From NCBI GenBank assembly GCA_963803805.1, contig CAWDOD010000002.1, positions 1,383,813 to 1,447,812 on the forward strand: a DNA stretch of 64,000 nucleotides, in the 5' to 3' direction. The first letter of the stretch is position 1. Every line of letters starts with the position of its first letter. The notes under the pieces are model-generated. The model worked only from the letters and a program-made list of their open reading frames with translations. It was not told the DNA's origin and searched no databases. A program made the position numbers and the translations under genes. Below are positions 1-10,366 of the stretch, one piece after another. This DNA comes from an uncultured cyanobacterium (GTDB taxonomy: Bacteria; Cyanobacteriota; Cyanobacteriia; Cyanobacteriales; CAWCAG01).

Positions 1-525
1 CAGTAACATACTAGCATGAACAATTATAGGACCTATACGTCCTATTATGCCTTTGCGGGCATAAAGTTTATCATCGGTTTGAAAGATTAAATAGTTGCGT
101 TTTTTTAATAGAGGAATTAAGGAATTAAGAGAACCTGCATCTAATTCTGTACTCAGAGCAAGTTTGGTAAATTGTTTAGGCTTTTCGTAATATTGCCATA
201 AACGGGCTGATTTTAAGGCAGGAAATTGGCGAGTGAAAGTACAGGCGGTTAAGCTACTACCAAATAAAATTAATAAAGAAAGAAACCACCAAGTACGATA
301 AACATGATCTAAACCGAGAATTAAAATAATCTTCCAAGTTACAAAACCAAATAGGGCTGGAGATAAGGGATAGTTCTCTTGATAAAAGGCGACAGATTGT
401 CCTTGTTCAATTACTGTACCGCTAATACTAAAAACCGCGATCGCTAATAATAAAACTATAGCGAAACGTAAGTTGGCAATTATACTAAGCAGTTTACGCG
501 TAGAAGTTTTAAAAGATCTTGTCAT
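1..525 (-). CDS. ccs1: Cytochrome c biogenesis protein Ccs1/CcsB (ResB family), 5' part; runs off the left edge
   Basis: Not in the ORF track. Manual translation from ATG at 525 gives MTRSFK...[23 protein letters not shown]...[34 protein letters not shown], a typical Ccs1 N-terminus. Lies directly downstream of ccdA. Confidence 0.9.
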   Translation of the reverse strand, partial: MTRSFKTSTRKLLSIIANLRFAIVLLLAIAVFSISGTVIEQGQSVAFYQENYPLSPALFGFVTWKIILILGLDHVYRTWWFLSLLILFGSSLTACTFTRQFPALKSARLWQYYEKPKQFTKLALSTELDAGSLNSLIPLLKKRNYLIFQTDDKLYARKGIIGRIGPIIVHASMLL

Positions 526-540
526 AATGTTAATTAAAAA

Positions 541-1281
541 TTAAAAAATGCCCACAGGAAGGCGAGATAAAAGGGAAAATACACCAAATCCTAATAATAG
601 CGCTCCGCTAAGAGAATTAATCCACCCAGACCAACGACGCAGTTGTAAAATCTTTTTAATAGAAGCGGTGAATGTTCCTGCTAAAATTAAGGGTGCAACA
701 TAACCTGCCCCGTAAGCAAGTAATAAGAATCCTCCGAAAACTAAGTCTTGAGTTTTTGCTACCCAAGCTAGTAAAGTAGCGAGTACGGGGGTACTGCAAG
801 GGGAAGCGATTAAACCGAAAGTTAAACCTAATAAATAGGAACGTATCCCATCGGGTAATTCATCTGTAATCCAATCCGTTGCCCCTAAAGAAGGGAAGCG
901 TAATGGGACGATTTCTAAAAGGTTAAGCCCCATGAGAATGGCAATGATGCTAACGAAGATGGGCAAGCCAATACCAATTTGCCCATAAACTTTACCCAAA
1001 GAAGCCGCAAAAATACCTAACCCAGCTAAAGTAGTTGCTAAGCCTAAAGAAAACCAGATTGATTGGAAAAGCCCTTGCAATTTACTTTTCTCTTCGTAGC
1101 CGCCAATATAGCCAATGGTGATAGGCAACATAGAAAGCATACAAGGGGTAAGACTAGTTAGTAACCCAGCCGCAAAAATGATGCCTAAGCTTACGGGGCT
1201 TAGGTGGGTTAGCTGAGTAGAAACCAAGTTATTAGCAAATTGTTCAAGTTCGTAAAGTTGAGTTTGTAAAGTTTCCAACAT
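541..1281 (-). CDS. ccdA: Cytochrome c biogenesis protein CcdA (DsbD transmembrane domain)
   Basis: GLLTSLTPCMLSMLP and ASPCSTPVL cysteine motifs, multiple TM helices, adjacent to ccs1. Confidence 0.93.
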   Translation of the reverse strand: MLETLQTQLYELEQFANNLVSTQLTHLSPVSLGIIFAAGLLTSLTPCMLSMLPITIGYIGGYEEKSKLQGLFQSIWFSLGLATTLAGLGIFAASLGKVYGQIGIGLPIFVSIIAILMGLNLLEIVPLRFPSLGATDWITDELPDGIRSYLLGLTFGLIASPCSTPVLATLLAWVAKTQDLVFGGFLLLAYGAGYVAPLILAGTFTASIKKILQLRRWSGWINSLSGALLLGFGVFSLLSRLPVGIF

Positions 1282-1460
1282 TAAAAGATTGAGGTTAAAG
1301 AAAATTCATACTTTTTTTAAGATTGTAACTTAGGTGATGGCTAATAGCTAATAGCTAGTGGCTAATTGAGTTAATAAAATTAAAATTTCTTTGCATTAAA
1401 ACTAGATTTTTTTGGGTTTGGTTAGGATGGTGTTTTATATTTTGAATCAAGAAGAAAAAG

Positions 1461-2234
1461 ATGATTTCTGACAAAACACCATTAGATACTGCTTTCGCTA
1501 GAGATAAGTTTTTACTGCGACAAAAACACCTTTCTTTTTCTGAGAAATATTATGTCTGGGATGAAGAAGACAAGGTGATTTTATTTGTTGAACGTCCTAG
1601 CCATTTTTTACAAAACTTAGGTGCTGCTTTTGCTGGTATTATTCTTGGCATTGCTGCTGCGATCGCTGTAGACATTTTATAGTCTTTTTTACTACTAGGA
1701 ATTAGTAGCTATCTCTTGATTTCCCTTGACTTTTGCATTGCTTTGTTAGTTGCATTTATAGTAATAATTTTTCTTGCCCCTAAGCGTCATATAAATATTT
1801 ACCGCGATGATAGCAAAACAGAGCAATTATTAGAAATTCAACAAGAGACTAAATGGCAATTTCCTTATGCTTATTATCAAATTAAAGATGCCCGTGGCAT
1901 GAAGTTAGCTAGATTACAAAAGAATTATTTTTATGACCTGATTAGAAAGCGTTGGTACTGCTATCTTAATGATGGTTCTCTTTTATGTACTATCAAAGAA
2001 GATTCTATCGTTATGGCAATTTTACGTCGCTTCTTTGGTAGTTTTTATGGTTTATTGAGAAGTAACTTTGTTATTCTTGCAGGTAGAAGAGAAAGATTAG
2101 TGGGAACTTTCAACCGCAAGTTTACTCTTTTAAATCGTTATGTTCTGGATATGAATGATGATTCAGAAAGAGTTATTGATCGCCACATTGCTGTTGCTAT
2201 TGGTATTATGTTAGATACAGGAGAAAGAAGATGA
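1461..2234 (+). pseudogene. Membrane-anchored LURP-one/scramblase-like protein interrupted by one in-frame TAG (1680-1682)
   Basis: ORFs 1461-1682 and 1716-2234 share a frame and the 11 intervening codons are open (SFLLLGISSYL). Sequence (LRQKHLSFSEKYYVWD ... RKFTLLNRYVLD ... AVAIGIMLD) resembles the tubby-C/LURP-one type. Confidence 0.65.
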
Positions 2235-2363
2235 TACGCGATTACAAGCAATTTGAAAAAAATAATTTTACAGATTTGTGCAGTTGTAAGAGAAAATGTC
2301 ACAATATAAAGTATTAGATAATAAAGTCTAGACTTTATTCTCATAGCTAAGGTTCTGCAACCT

Positions 2364-3146
2364 ATGGAAACAGAGCAAAGTCCTAAATCCCAAGAGCTAC
2401 TTAAGAGCCTAACATTAGACATAGAAGGTTCACAGTTGTCTTTTGAGAAATTTTTTCAAGCTCAGAAACAATTAGCCAAACTACTTCACGAAGTAGATCG
2501 AGCTATTGCGAACAATAAGCGTCCTGCTGTTGATTGGATAATTGCTAAAGTTCATGGGGGTAGCGTCCATCTCACTCTTGAAGGCGTTCCTAAAGAGAAA
2601 GTTGAACCTTCGCATATTGCAGAAGTCCTTGAAGTTGTTGAAAAGGGAATAGCAACAATTGTAGAACGTCCTGAACGTCCTCCTTATTTCTCTGATAAAG
2701 CTTTAGAGAGTACTAAAGCTTTAGCCAAGTTAGTAGAAAAAGAGTTTTTTGCAATTCAATTAAGTGTTAATTCACAACGTACTGAGCTAAACCAACATAT
2801 AGTAGTTAATGTTGATGAAATTATTGGTGGTAAATATAAAAGCTTTGGAACTGTGGAAGGAATTCTTAAGGCAATAGATGTAAGTCGTCGTCCTTTTTTT
2901 AGAGTATATGATCTATTGACAAATAGAAGTGTTAGTTGCTATTTTCAGAAGCATTCTCTCGACGATATTAAAGATGCCTTGGAAAAGAGGGTCGCTATTT
3001 CAGGATTAATAACTTCGAGAGAAGATGGAGAGAAAATTAGCATTCAGGTAGAGGAAATTAATGTTTTCCCCAATGAAAATGAGTTGCCTACTATAGAAGA
3101 AATGATTGGAATTGCCATTCAGAGAGGAAAAGGAGGACAAGATTGA
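2364..3146 (+). CDS. Hypothetical 260-aa protein, putative partner of the downstream PIN nuclease; C-terminal half possibly OB-fold-like
   Basis: Intact ORF whose stop overlaps the PIN start (TTGA at 3143-3146); beta-rich C-terminus (GTVEGILKAID...FRVYD...VSCYF...RVAISGLI). Confidence 0.7.
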   Translation: METEQSPKSQELLKSLTLDIEGSQLSFEKFFQAQKQLAKLLHEVDRAIANNKRPAVDWIIAKVHGGSVHLTLEGVPKEKVEPSHIAEVLEVVEKGIATIVERPERPPYFSDKALESTKALAKLVEKEFFAIQLSVNSQRTELNQHIVVNVDEIIGGKYKSFGTVEGILKAIDVSRRPFFRVYDLLTNRSVSCYFQKHSLDDIKDALEKRVAISGLITSREDGEKISIQVEEINVFPNENELPTIEEMIGIAIQRGKGGQD

Positions 3147-3616
3147 CTCGTTCCTCAAAAGAGATTCACTACTGGGATGCTTGTACTTTTTTAGCACTTC
3201 TTAAAAACGAACCGGATAAAATAAGTGAATGCACTTCTGTTTTGAAAGCTGCTCTAAATCAGCAGGTGATAATAGTTACTTCTGCATTGACTTTTATAGA
3301 AGTAGTAAAATTAGAAAAAGGTAAACCTAAACTACCTAAAGAAAATGAAGAGAAAATCAAGGCATTTTTTCAGCATGAGTGGATTTATATTTATGATGTA
3401 AATCGGAAAATTGGCGAGTTGGCGAGGGAATTAATGTGGCAGTATGAAGCATTAAAATGGAAGGATGCAACTCACGTAGCGACTGCATCAATTGCAAAAG
3501 TAAATGTTCTAGATACATTTGATGATGGTTTGATAAAACTTTCTGGAAAGATTGGAGATCCACCACTAATTATCAAAAAACCTTTTTTTAAAACTCAATT
3601 AGAGCTATTTGAATAG
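3143..3616 (+). CDS. PIN-domain (VapC-like) ribonuclease
   Basis: YWDACTFL, SALTFIEV, KWKDATHVATA and TFDDGL give the PIN acidic tetrad pattern; AGGAGG RBS before the TTG start. Confidence 0.85.
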   Translation: MTRSSKEIHYWDACTFLALLKNEPDKISECTSVLKAALNQQVIIVTSALTFIEVVKLEKGKPKLPKENEEKIKAFFQHEWIYIYDVNRKIGELARELMWQYEALKWKDATHVATASIAKVNVLDTFDDGLIKLSGKIGDPPLIIKKPFFKTQLELFE

Positions 3617-3713
3617 ATTTTATTTTTTGTACAAAAAAGCAATAGCAATTTAATCAAAAATCTATAAAGTCAGAGCTTCTTATCATAGACATTATTTATG
3701 TAAAAAGTTTGGT

Positions 3714-4021
3714 TCAATTATTGAGATTGATAAAGATTAAGTTAAGCATTTTAGCTTTCTTCTGGGCTTGAGCAATCATTCCAGGAGAAATATCAACACC
3801 AATAACCTTCCCTGTTTCACCAACTATTTTCGCTGCCGCGATCGCACAATGACCTGTTCCTGTAGCAATATCTAAAACTTGTTGCCCTGGCTTTACTTGT
3901 CCATATGCAACCAAACGATTAGCCAGGTTTAAATGCCAATCACTACTATCATATTTTCACTTCTCCCTGTATATAAATCTGCGATTTCTTGTTTGTAATT
4001 ATGCAAATTAATTTTATTCAT
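3714..4021 (-). pseudogene. Truncated, frameshifted class I SAM methyltransferase (UbiE-like)
   Basis: ATG at 4021 gives MNKINLHNYKQEIADLYTGRSE, then a frameshift near 3955 into YDSSDWHLNLANRLVAYGQ...VLDIATGTG...GVDISPGM. Ends after about 100 codons. Confidence 0.75.
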
Positions 4022-4064
4022 TTACTAAAAAGGTTTAGCTTTAAAAGCCAAATTTTCTTATCAA

Positions 4065-5964
4065 TCATTCATGATAACGATCTAAGAAAATTCCCAATCC
4101 ATTATGTACCCTCGCTGCTGTTGCAGGGGGACGATCAATAAGTTGATCTCCTAGTACTAATGAAGTTGAACTTCCTCCATCAAGATTAAGGGCATCAGTT
4201 GCCCCTAAACGCTGCATTAATTGCGCCATTTCTGTTAAAGTGGGGCTGCGATCGCCTACACGACGATGAACCGCAGCAATAATAATTTTGCCTTGAGAGG
4301 TTGTACCGATGGCACTGCGGGAAGCTTTTTGTGTATTAAAGGCTGCACTAAATTGTTCCCCTGCCCCGTTTAAAACAATTTGTTGATTATTAACGAGTAA
4401 AGGCCCCTGCACCCAAGATGTTAGGATAGGATGCAAAGTCCCCAGGAATAGTATTGCTAGTAATATTAACCTGGGTTGCAACGGGTAAATTAGCGGCGGC
4501 GGTTTTAAAAGATCGTAGGGCTAATAAATAACCATCTTCAGGAATAGCAAAAGCTTGACTACCTGCTTTCCCTGCCGGAATTTGCCCTGTAACCTGGTTA
4601 TTCTGCACCATAACCATAATCTCATTATCACTAAGGGGACTATAACTAGCACCCCATTCCGGGCTGTAGAGGGAGACTCCAGCCTTGATATAACCGCTAT
4701 TTACGTGCTGGATAGGATAGCTTTGTCCGGTGGAAGTAGTTAGGGTGGATTGTAAAGTTAGGCGGCCAATTTTCACCCTACCTTGATTATCCCAGGCGAT
4801 CGCACCTCGATTTAAAATCGGGCCAGAAAACCACTGATTATCCTCACGAATTGCCCCTAATGGTAGCTTATTGTTGCGGTTAAAAAAGCCCCCATTAATA
4901 GCCGCAGAACTTCTTACCTGCCTTGCTGTGCTAACAATAGGATTAATACCTGTCATGCCATCATTTGGCCAAATTGGTTGCAAGGAAATACCTGGGGTAC
5001 TTAAATCTACTTCTAACCAAACCACCGGAAACTTACCTGTCGGCAGGTTAATAAATTGCTGTTGCCACCGTACTCCGGGACTCCAGAGAATATCTTTGGG
5101 GGTAAAAGTTTCCGGTTGAATATCAATAACTAAACGAGGAGGATTAGCTAGACTCGAAACATTTAACTCTTGCCCTGTGGGGACATCCACTCGCAGGATG
5201 GCTTGATTATTAGATTGTTCTAAGGTAAAAACAGGAGGATCAGTAGGTTTATTACCTGCGGTTTCTGGTAAGGGTGCAAAGCGCTGCAATAAGAGAGGAT
5301 CAACACTACCTTGAATAGTTACCACCCCTTGACCAAGAACTTGCCAAGCTGTAGGCTTATCTAAGTTAAGGATGATTTGCTGTCCTTGCCCTTGAGAACG
5401 ATAGCTGGCATTGCTAAGGCGGGAAGGAGCATAATTAATTTGCAGAGTATCCCCCACCACCTCCATTTGCCAACCAGCAGTTTGGGCAAAATCAGTAACA
5501 TCAAGATAGCGATAGGGGCTGATTATTTGGGCATTGAGGGTAAAGGTTTGGGAAGCATTAGTCGGAAACCAAAGCACAGGCTGCAAAGCAGGATTGTTGG
5601 TACTCAACAACTCCATACCCAACATTTGCATCGCCCCAGTATCGCTGATACCAGTACGCATTGCGGCGGCGGTACTTCCTTGCCACTGACTCCAAGCTAC
5701 AGGCATTGTACGACCATTAATCGCAATTTGGCTACCTTGGCGCATTACTTGGACAGCAGGGAGATTATTTTGGGTAATTAAGGGAGTAAGGGTTGGAGTT
5801 TCTAAATTTGCTTGTTGAGGGGAAATAGTTTCGACAACAATATTTTCTTCTGGAGTATTAGCTGGAGATGGTAGAGGAAATAAAGAATAGGCTAATGGTA
5901 GTAGGGCGAAGAGATAGAATTTCTTTTTGTTTAGGAAAAATGACACTTTAGTTTGACAACTCAT
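4065..5964 (-). CDS. Exported phosphodiester glycosidase (NAGPA/DUF2233) family protein, frameshifted at ~4405
   Basis: AAINGGFF in the upstream ORF and DALNLDGGSST in the downstream ORF. Junction ILGAG|PLLVNN is restored by removing one C from CCCC at 4404-4407. Start position uncertain. Confidence 0.8.
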
Positions 5965-6436
5965 ATAAAATCCGTTTGAACAGTTACAGTTTGGTTTCTC
6001 TGAAGATAGTAAGAGATAGACAGTTTGTATAGTTTGCTTGTCTTCATTCAACAAATGAGGTTGATGATCCGGATTTTAGGTCATGATGTAACTCAAAAAA
6101 AATTACTTGCTATTAATAATTTATCAGGAATGGTGACGCTCAAATTGACCCATTTAGTTCCGTAACTATAGGAGTTGTATCTTAAATATCTTTTTCCAAA
6201 CTCTTGCCTTTTATTTGGTGTGAGCAGAAATTTATGTTATAATTATCTCATTAGAGATAAAAAATTAATCTCAGTTGAAAAAAATTATTTTGTCGGAGGC
6301 GGGCTGGAAGCTTTCTTTTTGAAGCAGAGAAGGTAAACATTCAACCTGGAAAGAAATAAGTTGCGATCGCTCTGGATTAGCAAAGGGAATCGGTGCGTTA
6401 CGCCGGATAAACACTTTTTTATCTAACCCCTTGTTA

Positions 6437-7321
6437 TTAAGGTAAATTATCTTGGAGAAATTGAGTAAATAACTGAACCTTAGTAGAAAGATGACGATTT
6501 ACAGGATAGATGACACAAAGAGTTAATTCTGGTGGTTGATATTCAGGCAAAATGACTTGCAATTTTCCTTGCTCTAATTCTTCCTTGACAATAAAAGTTG
6601 GTAATATCACAATTCCCAAACCTTTTACGGCTGCATTCCTCAAGACTTCTCCATTATTAGCACAAAAAACGCCATCAATATAAACTCGTTCTTCTTTTTC
6701 TTTACCAATTAAATACCACTGACAACCTGTAGTTAAATAGCCGTAGTGTAAACAAGAATGGCTTTTTAATTCATGAGGATGGTTAGGAATCCCCTGAGCT
6801 TTTAAGTAACTAGGTGCAGCGCAAATAACACGAGGGAATGTTGTTAAATGATGAGCTACTAAACTAGGCGATTTTACTGGTGAACCAATGCGAAGAATCA
6901 GATCATAACCTTCCGCAAGAGGATCTACAAAACGATCTTCTAAGGTTAGTTGAATTTTAATTTCTTGATAGCGAGTCATAAATTCAGCTATCTTTGTACC
7001 TAAATAGGAAATACCAAAAGACATGGGAGCATTAATTTTCAGGGTTCCCTTCGGTTCATTGTGTTCCTGGGAAACAGCTAATTCTGCCTCTTCTAAGCTG
7101 CTAAGAATATCAATACAGCGTTCATAAAAAGCTCGTCCAGTATCTGTGGGTGTAACTTGGCGAGTTGTGCGATAAAGCAATTGTATTCCCAACTGATTTT
7201 CTAAATTAATCACCAACTTATTGACAGCAGATCGAGATAACTGCATTTTCCTAGCAGCAGCAGCAAAGCCACCTTCTTCAACTACTTGAGTAAAAGCACG
7301 CATACTCTCAAATTTATCCAT
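6437..7321 (-). CDS. LysR-family transcriptional regulator (CrgA/DmlR type)
   Basis: N-terminal HTH (GGFAAAARKMQLSRSAVNK...LLYRTTR), GTLKINAP, divergent from pirin. Confidence 0.93.
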   Translation of the reverse strand: MDKFESMRAFTQVVEEGGFAAAARKMQLSRSAVNKLVINLENQLGIQLLYRTTRQVTPTDTGRAFYERCIDILSSLEEAELAVSQEHNEPKGTLKINAPMSFGISYLGTKIAEFMTRYQEIKIQLTLEDRFVDPLAEGYDLILRIGSPVKSPSLVAHHLTTFPRVICAAPSYLKAQGIPNHPHELKSHSCLHYGYLTTGCQWYLIGKEKEERVYIDGVFCANNGEVLRNAAVKGLGIVILPTFIVKEELEQGKLQVILPEYQPPELTLCVIYPVNRHLSTKVQLFTQFLQDNLP

Positions 7322-7322
7322 G

Positions 7323-7345
7323 ATTGTAGCTATAAAAGAAACAAT
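7323..7345. promoter_or_regulatory. Candidate LysR operator (ATTGT-N13-ACAAT inverted repeat) in the lysR/pirin divergent promoter
   Basis: ATTGTagctataaaagaaACAAT immediately upstream of the lysR start, the usual position for LysR autoregulation. Confidence 0.4.
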
Positions 7346-7437
7346 ATGTCTTCAAAATAGCATATTGTCATTTCTAAAGAATCAACTCATAATATAACTA
7401 AGAACAAAATCATTTTCAGACAAAGGAGAGGAACATT

Positions 7438-8139
7438 ATGATTACTGTTCGTCCCGCCGCAGCCAGGGGTAATGCTAAGTTTGATTGGCTTGATAGCAAG
7501 CATACTTTTTCCTTTGGTAATTATTACGATCCTAACCACATGGGATTTGCTAGCCTACGGGTGATTAATGAAGACAAGGTGCAACCAGTTAAAGGCTTCG
7601 GTACTCATAGCCACAAAGATATGGAGATTATCACCTATGTTTTAGAAGGAGAACTCGAACACAAAGATAGCATTGGCAACGGTTCGGTGATTCGTCCAGG
7701 CGATGTACAACGGATGTCGGCAGGGACTGGGATTGCCCACAGTGAGTTTAATGCTTCTGCTAGCGATCTCGTTCACTTATTGCAAATTTGGATTATGCCA
7801 AATCAAGCAGGCATAGAACCTAGCTATGAGCAGAAATACTTCCCTGTAGAGGAGAGACAAGGTAAGTTAAGATTAGTGGCTTCCCCTGATGGTAAGGACA
7901 ATTCAGTAATAATTCATCAGGATGCCCGTCTTTATGTTGCTACCTTAAATGATGGCGATCGCCTCAACCATAACACTAACAGCAAAAGGTCATTGTGGAT
8001 ACAAGTAGCTAAAGGTTCGGTAGAAACTAATGGCCAACCACTCAGGGCTGGTGATGGTGCTGCTATAACTGAAGAAAGCGATGTGGCGATCGCAGCTACA
8101 ACTGATAATACCGAAGTTCTACTTTTCGATTTAGCCTAG
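7438..8139 (+). CDS. Pirin family protein (YhhW-like)
   Basis: [43 protein letters not shown]. Confidence 0.93.
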   Translation: MITVRPAAARGNAKFDWLDSKHTFSFGNYYDPNHMGFASLRVINEDKVQPVKGFGTHSHKDMEIITYVLEGELEHKDSIGNGSVIRPGDVQRMSAGTGIAHSEFNASASDLVHLLQIWIMPNQAGIEPSYEQKYFPVEERQGKLRLVASPDGKDNSVIIHQDARLYVATLNDGDRLNHNTNSKRSLWIQVAKGSVETNGQPLRAGDGAAITEESDVAIAATTDNTEVLLFDLA

Positions 8140-8151
8140 AAAGAGCAAAAA

Positions 8152-8220
8152 GGCTAATGGCTAATGGCTAATGGCTAATGGCTAACGGCTAATAGCTAAT
8201 AGCTAATGGCTAATAGCTAA
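8152..8220 (+). repeat. Heptameric short tandem repeat (STRR-like), about 9-10 units of GCTAATG/GCTAATA
   Basis: Directly visible tandem array between pirin and the nitroreductase. Confidence 0.9.
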
Positions 8221-8246
8221 AATCTGATCAAATTTACTGGTAAAAA

Positions 8247-8915
8247 ATGAACACCGAAAATCAACCTCAGCCCCAACTAAGTCTTGAAGAAGCAATCCTC
8301 AATCGCCGTGCAGCCCGTGCTTTTCGTGCTGAGGCCATTCCTGATCATCTTCTAGAAGAAATTTTTCGTTTAGGCTTACAATCTCCCTCCGGTTACAATT
8401 TGCAACCCTGGAGATTTATTGTAGTTAAAGAACAGGCAAACAAAGATAAACTAAGAGCCTGCGCTTTTGATCAACCTCAAGTTTCCCAAGCCCCTGTCGT
8501 TTTAATTTGTTGTGGCGATCGCCGCATTAATAATACTGAATACATTGAAGAAGTCATTCAATTAGGAATCGCAGCAGGAGGAGTTAATGACAAATACGCC
8601 GATTATATGCGCGGTGCAATTCCTCAACTATTTGCCAATCAACCTTGTTTTGAATCCTTAGAAGCTTGGACAAATCGCCATACCATGTTAGCAGTTGCTC
8701 ATTTAATGATTGTGGCGAAGGCTTTTGGAGTAGATTCTTGCCCGATGGAAGGCTTTGTTACCGCCCAAGTCAAGGAAGCTTTTAATATTCCTTCAGAGGT
8801 GGATGTTTGCTGTTTATTACCTTTAGGATATGCCGATGAACCCATCAAGAAATATGGCGGCAGATTTGCTGCTGAAAGAGTTTGTTACAAAGAGACTTTT
8901 GGGGAAGGGTTGTAA
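8247..8915 (+). CDS. Nitroreductase family protein
   Basis: NRRAARAF, SPSGYNLQPWRFIVV, GVDSCPMEGF. Confidence 0.92.
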   Translation: MNTENQPQPQLSLEEAILNRRAARAFRAEAIPDHLLEEIFRLGLQSPSGYNLQPWRFIVVKEQANKDKLRACAFDQPQVSQAPVVLICCGDRRINNTEYIEEVIQLGIAAGGVNDKYADYMRGAIPQLFANQPCFESLEAWTNRHTMLAVAHLMIVAKAFGVDSCPMEGFVTAQVKEAFNIPSEVDVCCLLPLGYADEPIKKYGGRFAAERVCYKETFGEGL

Positions 8916-8950
8916 CTAAGAAATAGCCAATTGCTAGTTACTATTTGCGT

Positions 8951-9286
8951 TTATTTGATAGCAAATTCTGTGGGGGGACGAACTTGGGGATGATGAAAAC
9001 CTAAGACAATTTTTTGTTTAGGAATCCCTGCTGCTAGTAAATCACCAGCAATACCATCTTCAGTTCCATCCCGATGCAGCCAGATTTTATCATCAACTAT
9101 TTCTACATGAATCAAACAGCCATAAAATCTTTTATCATTTTGCCATCCTAATGTCAGTAACAGGTAGTTTTTCTCATCTTTACTAACAATAAATTTTCTG
9201 CTTAAGTCTCCGTAGGAGTAAGGTATTTGAGCGTATTCTTCTAAAATGTTAGTGATAACTTCCTGGTAAGTTTTTAAAGTATCCAT
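8951..9286 (-). CDS. xisI: XisI family protein
   Basis: YLLLTLGWQNDKR...LIHVEIVDDKIWLHRDGTEDGIA..L...GIPK..IVLGFH. Confidence 0.92.
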   Translation of the reverse strand: MDTLKTYQEVITNILEEYAQIPYSYGDLSRKFIVSKDEKNYLLLTLGWQNDKRFYGCLIHVEIVDDKIWLHRDGTEDGIAGDLLAAGIPKQKIVLGFHHPQVRPPTEFAIK

Positions 9287-9295
9287 CTGCTCTTT

Positions 9296-9337
9296 CTAAA
9301 TAAGTTATCTGAGAATAACTCTTTTTAATGGGTTGTA
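9296..9337 (-). pseudogene. Probable 3' remnant of xisH
   Basis: Translates YNPLKRVILR*LI*, resembling the XisH C-terminus (Y[ND]P..EVI..W) with a stop at the Trp position; sits just upstream of xisI, where xisH normally lies. Confidence 0.5.
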
Positions 9338-9343
9338 TCTTCA

Positions 9344-9838
9344 CTATTCAATGATAAAGTCATCAGGATCATCCTCTCCAATAGGCTTAGGCTTTTCTAA
9401 TATGTGATCAGGATGCGTGATGTGAATACCTTCTTTTGAGAGGAAATCCTTTGGGTTTAGTGTTAATAGACACTCAATATCATGAGCCTTCATCACAGCC
9501 ATTAGTCGGATATCGTGAGTACGTTTTCCCTTTATATTATGGGCAGTAACCAATTGTTGCCAGTAAGTAAAAATCTCAGCATTATCTGGTAATAAGCTAA
9601 ATTCAGATAGAAGTTGATCAATTTGTGCTTGAGTCTGTTCTGAAGACCACCCGAAACCGTTAACATCCATAGGACGTGTAGCAACTGCCCAGAATTCAAT
9701 CAAAACTTGAGGAGTTAACAAACATTGATCTCCTCTACTAAGCAGTTCAAACACAGCATCAACAACTAGCGAATAGTGATCAGAGTCAGGATCACTTGCT
9801 CTCAAAATAATATTTGTGTCTAATAAGTATTGAGTCAT
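9344..9838 (-). CDS. vapC: PIN-domain VapC toxin
   Basis: YLLDTNII, TPQVLIEFW.VATRP, HDIRL, LLTLNPKDF. Confidence 0.9.
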   Translation of the reverse strand: MTQYLLDTNIILRASDPDSDHYSLVVDAVFELLSRGDQCLLTPQVLIEFWAVATRPMDVNGFGWSSEQTQAQIDQLLSEFSLLPDNAEIFTYWQQLVTAHNIKGKRTHDIRLMAVMKAHDIECLLTLNPKDFLSKEGIHITHPDHILEKPKPIGEDDPDDFIIE

Positions 9839-10134
9839 TATTTATAGATTGTTTCTCTGCTAATAGCTTCATCTGATAATCCTGGACTAGGCTTCTGATG
9901 GCTTTCTGCCCATTTTTTCCAATTGCTAGCTTTTTTTTGAGGTGAAATAGGAGGACTTTCTGCCCACTTTTTCCATTTCGTAGCTTTTTCTTGAGGTGAA
10001 ATGAGATGATTCTTTTCCTCTTCTTCTTGGGGAATTAGTTGTTGCTTGAGAAATTCTGCAAATTCTAGTAAGAGTTTCTGTTTTTCAGGAGGTAATATTT
10101 GCAAATAGTTGAGAATTGCTTGTTCTACTTTCAT
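9838..10134 (-). CDS. Putative antitoxin (DUF2281-like) with an internal 18-aa duplication
   Basis: LPPEKQKLLLEFAEFLKQ N-terminus, LSDEAISRETIY C-terminus, 1-nt overlap with vapC. Confidence 0.8.
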   Translation of the reverse strand: MKVEQAILNYLQILPPEKQKLLLEFAEFLKQQLIPQEEEEKNHLISPQEKATKWKKWAESPPISPQKKASNWKKWAESHQKPSPGLSDEAISRETIYK

Positions 10135-10366
10135 CGTTCTTCCTTATCCTTATCCCCTTAACTGTAATATCTTTAGCTTTTATAGAATGTGAGCAACTAG
10201 AAATCCGGCGATCGCCTATTGCTGTGTTTACCAAAACTTATTTTAGTGATAACTTCTTGGTAAGTATTTAAAGTCTAAGTACAGCTTAAGAGAATTACTA
10301 TATTGTAATATTGGTAGCATAGCTATTGTAGGAAAGATAATACCCCAATCTAAATAACAAACTGCC

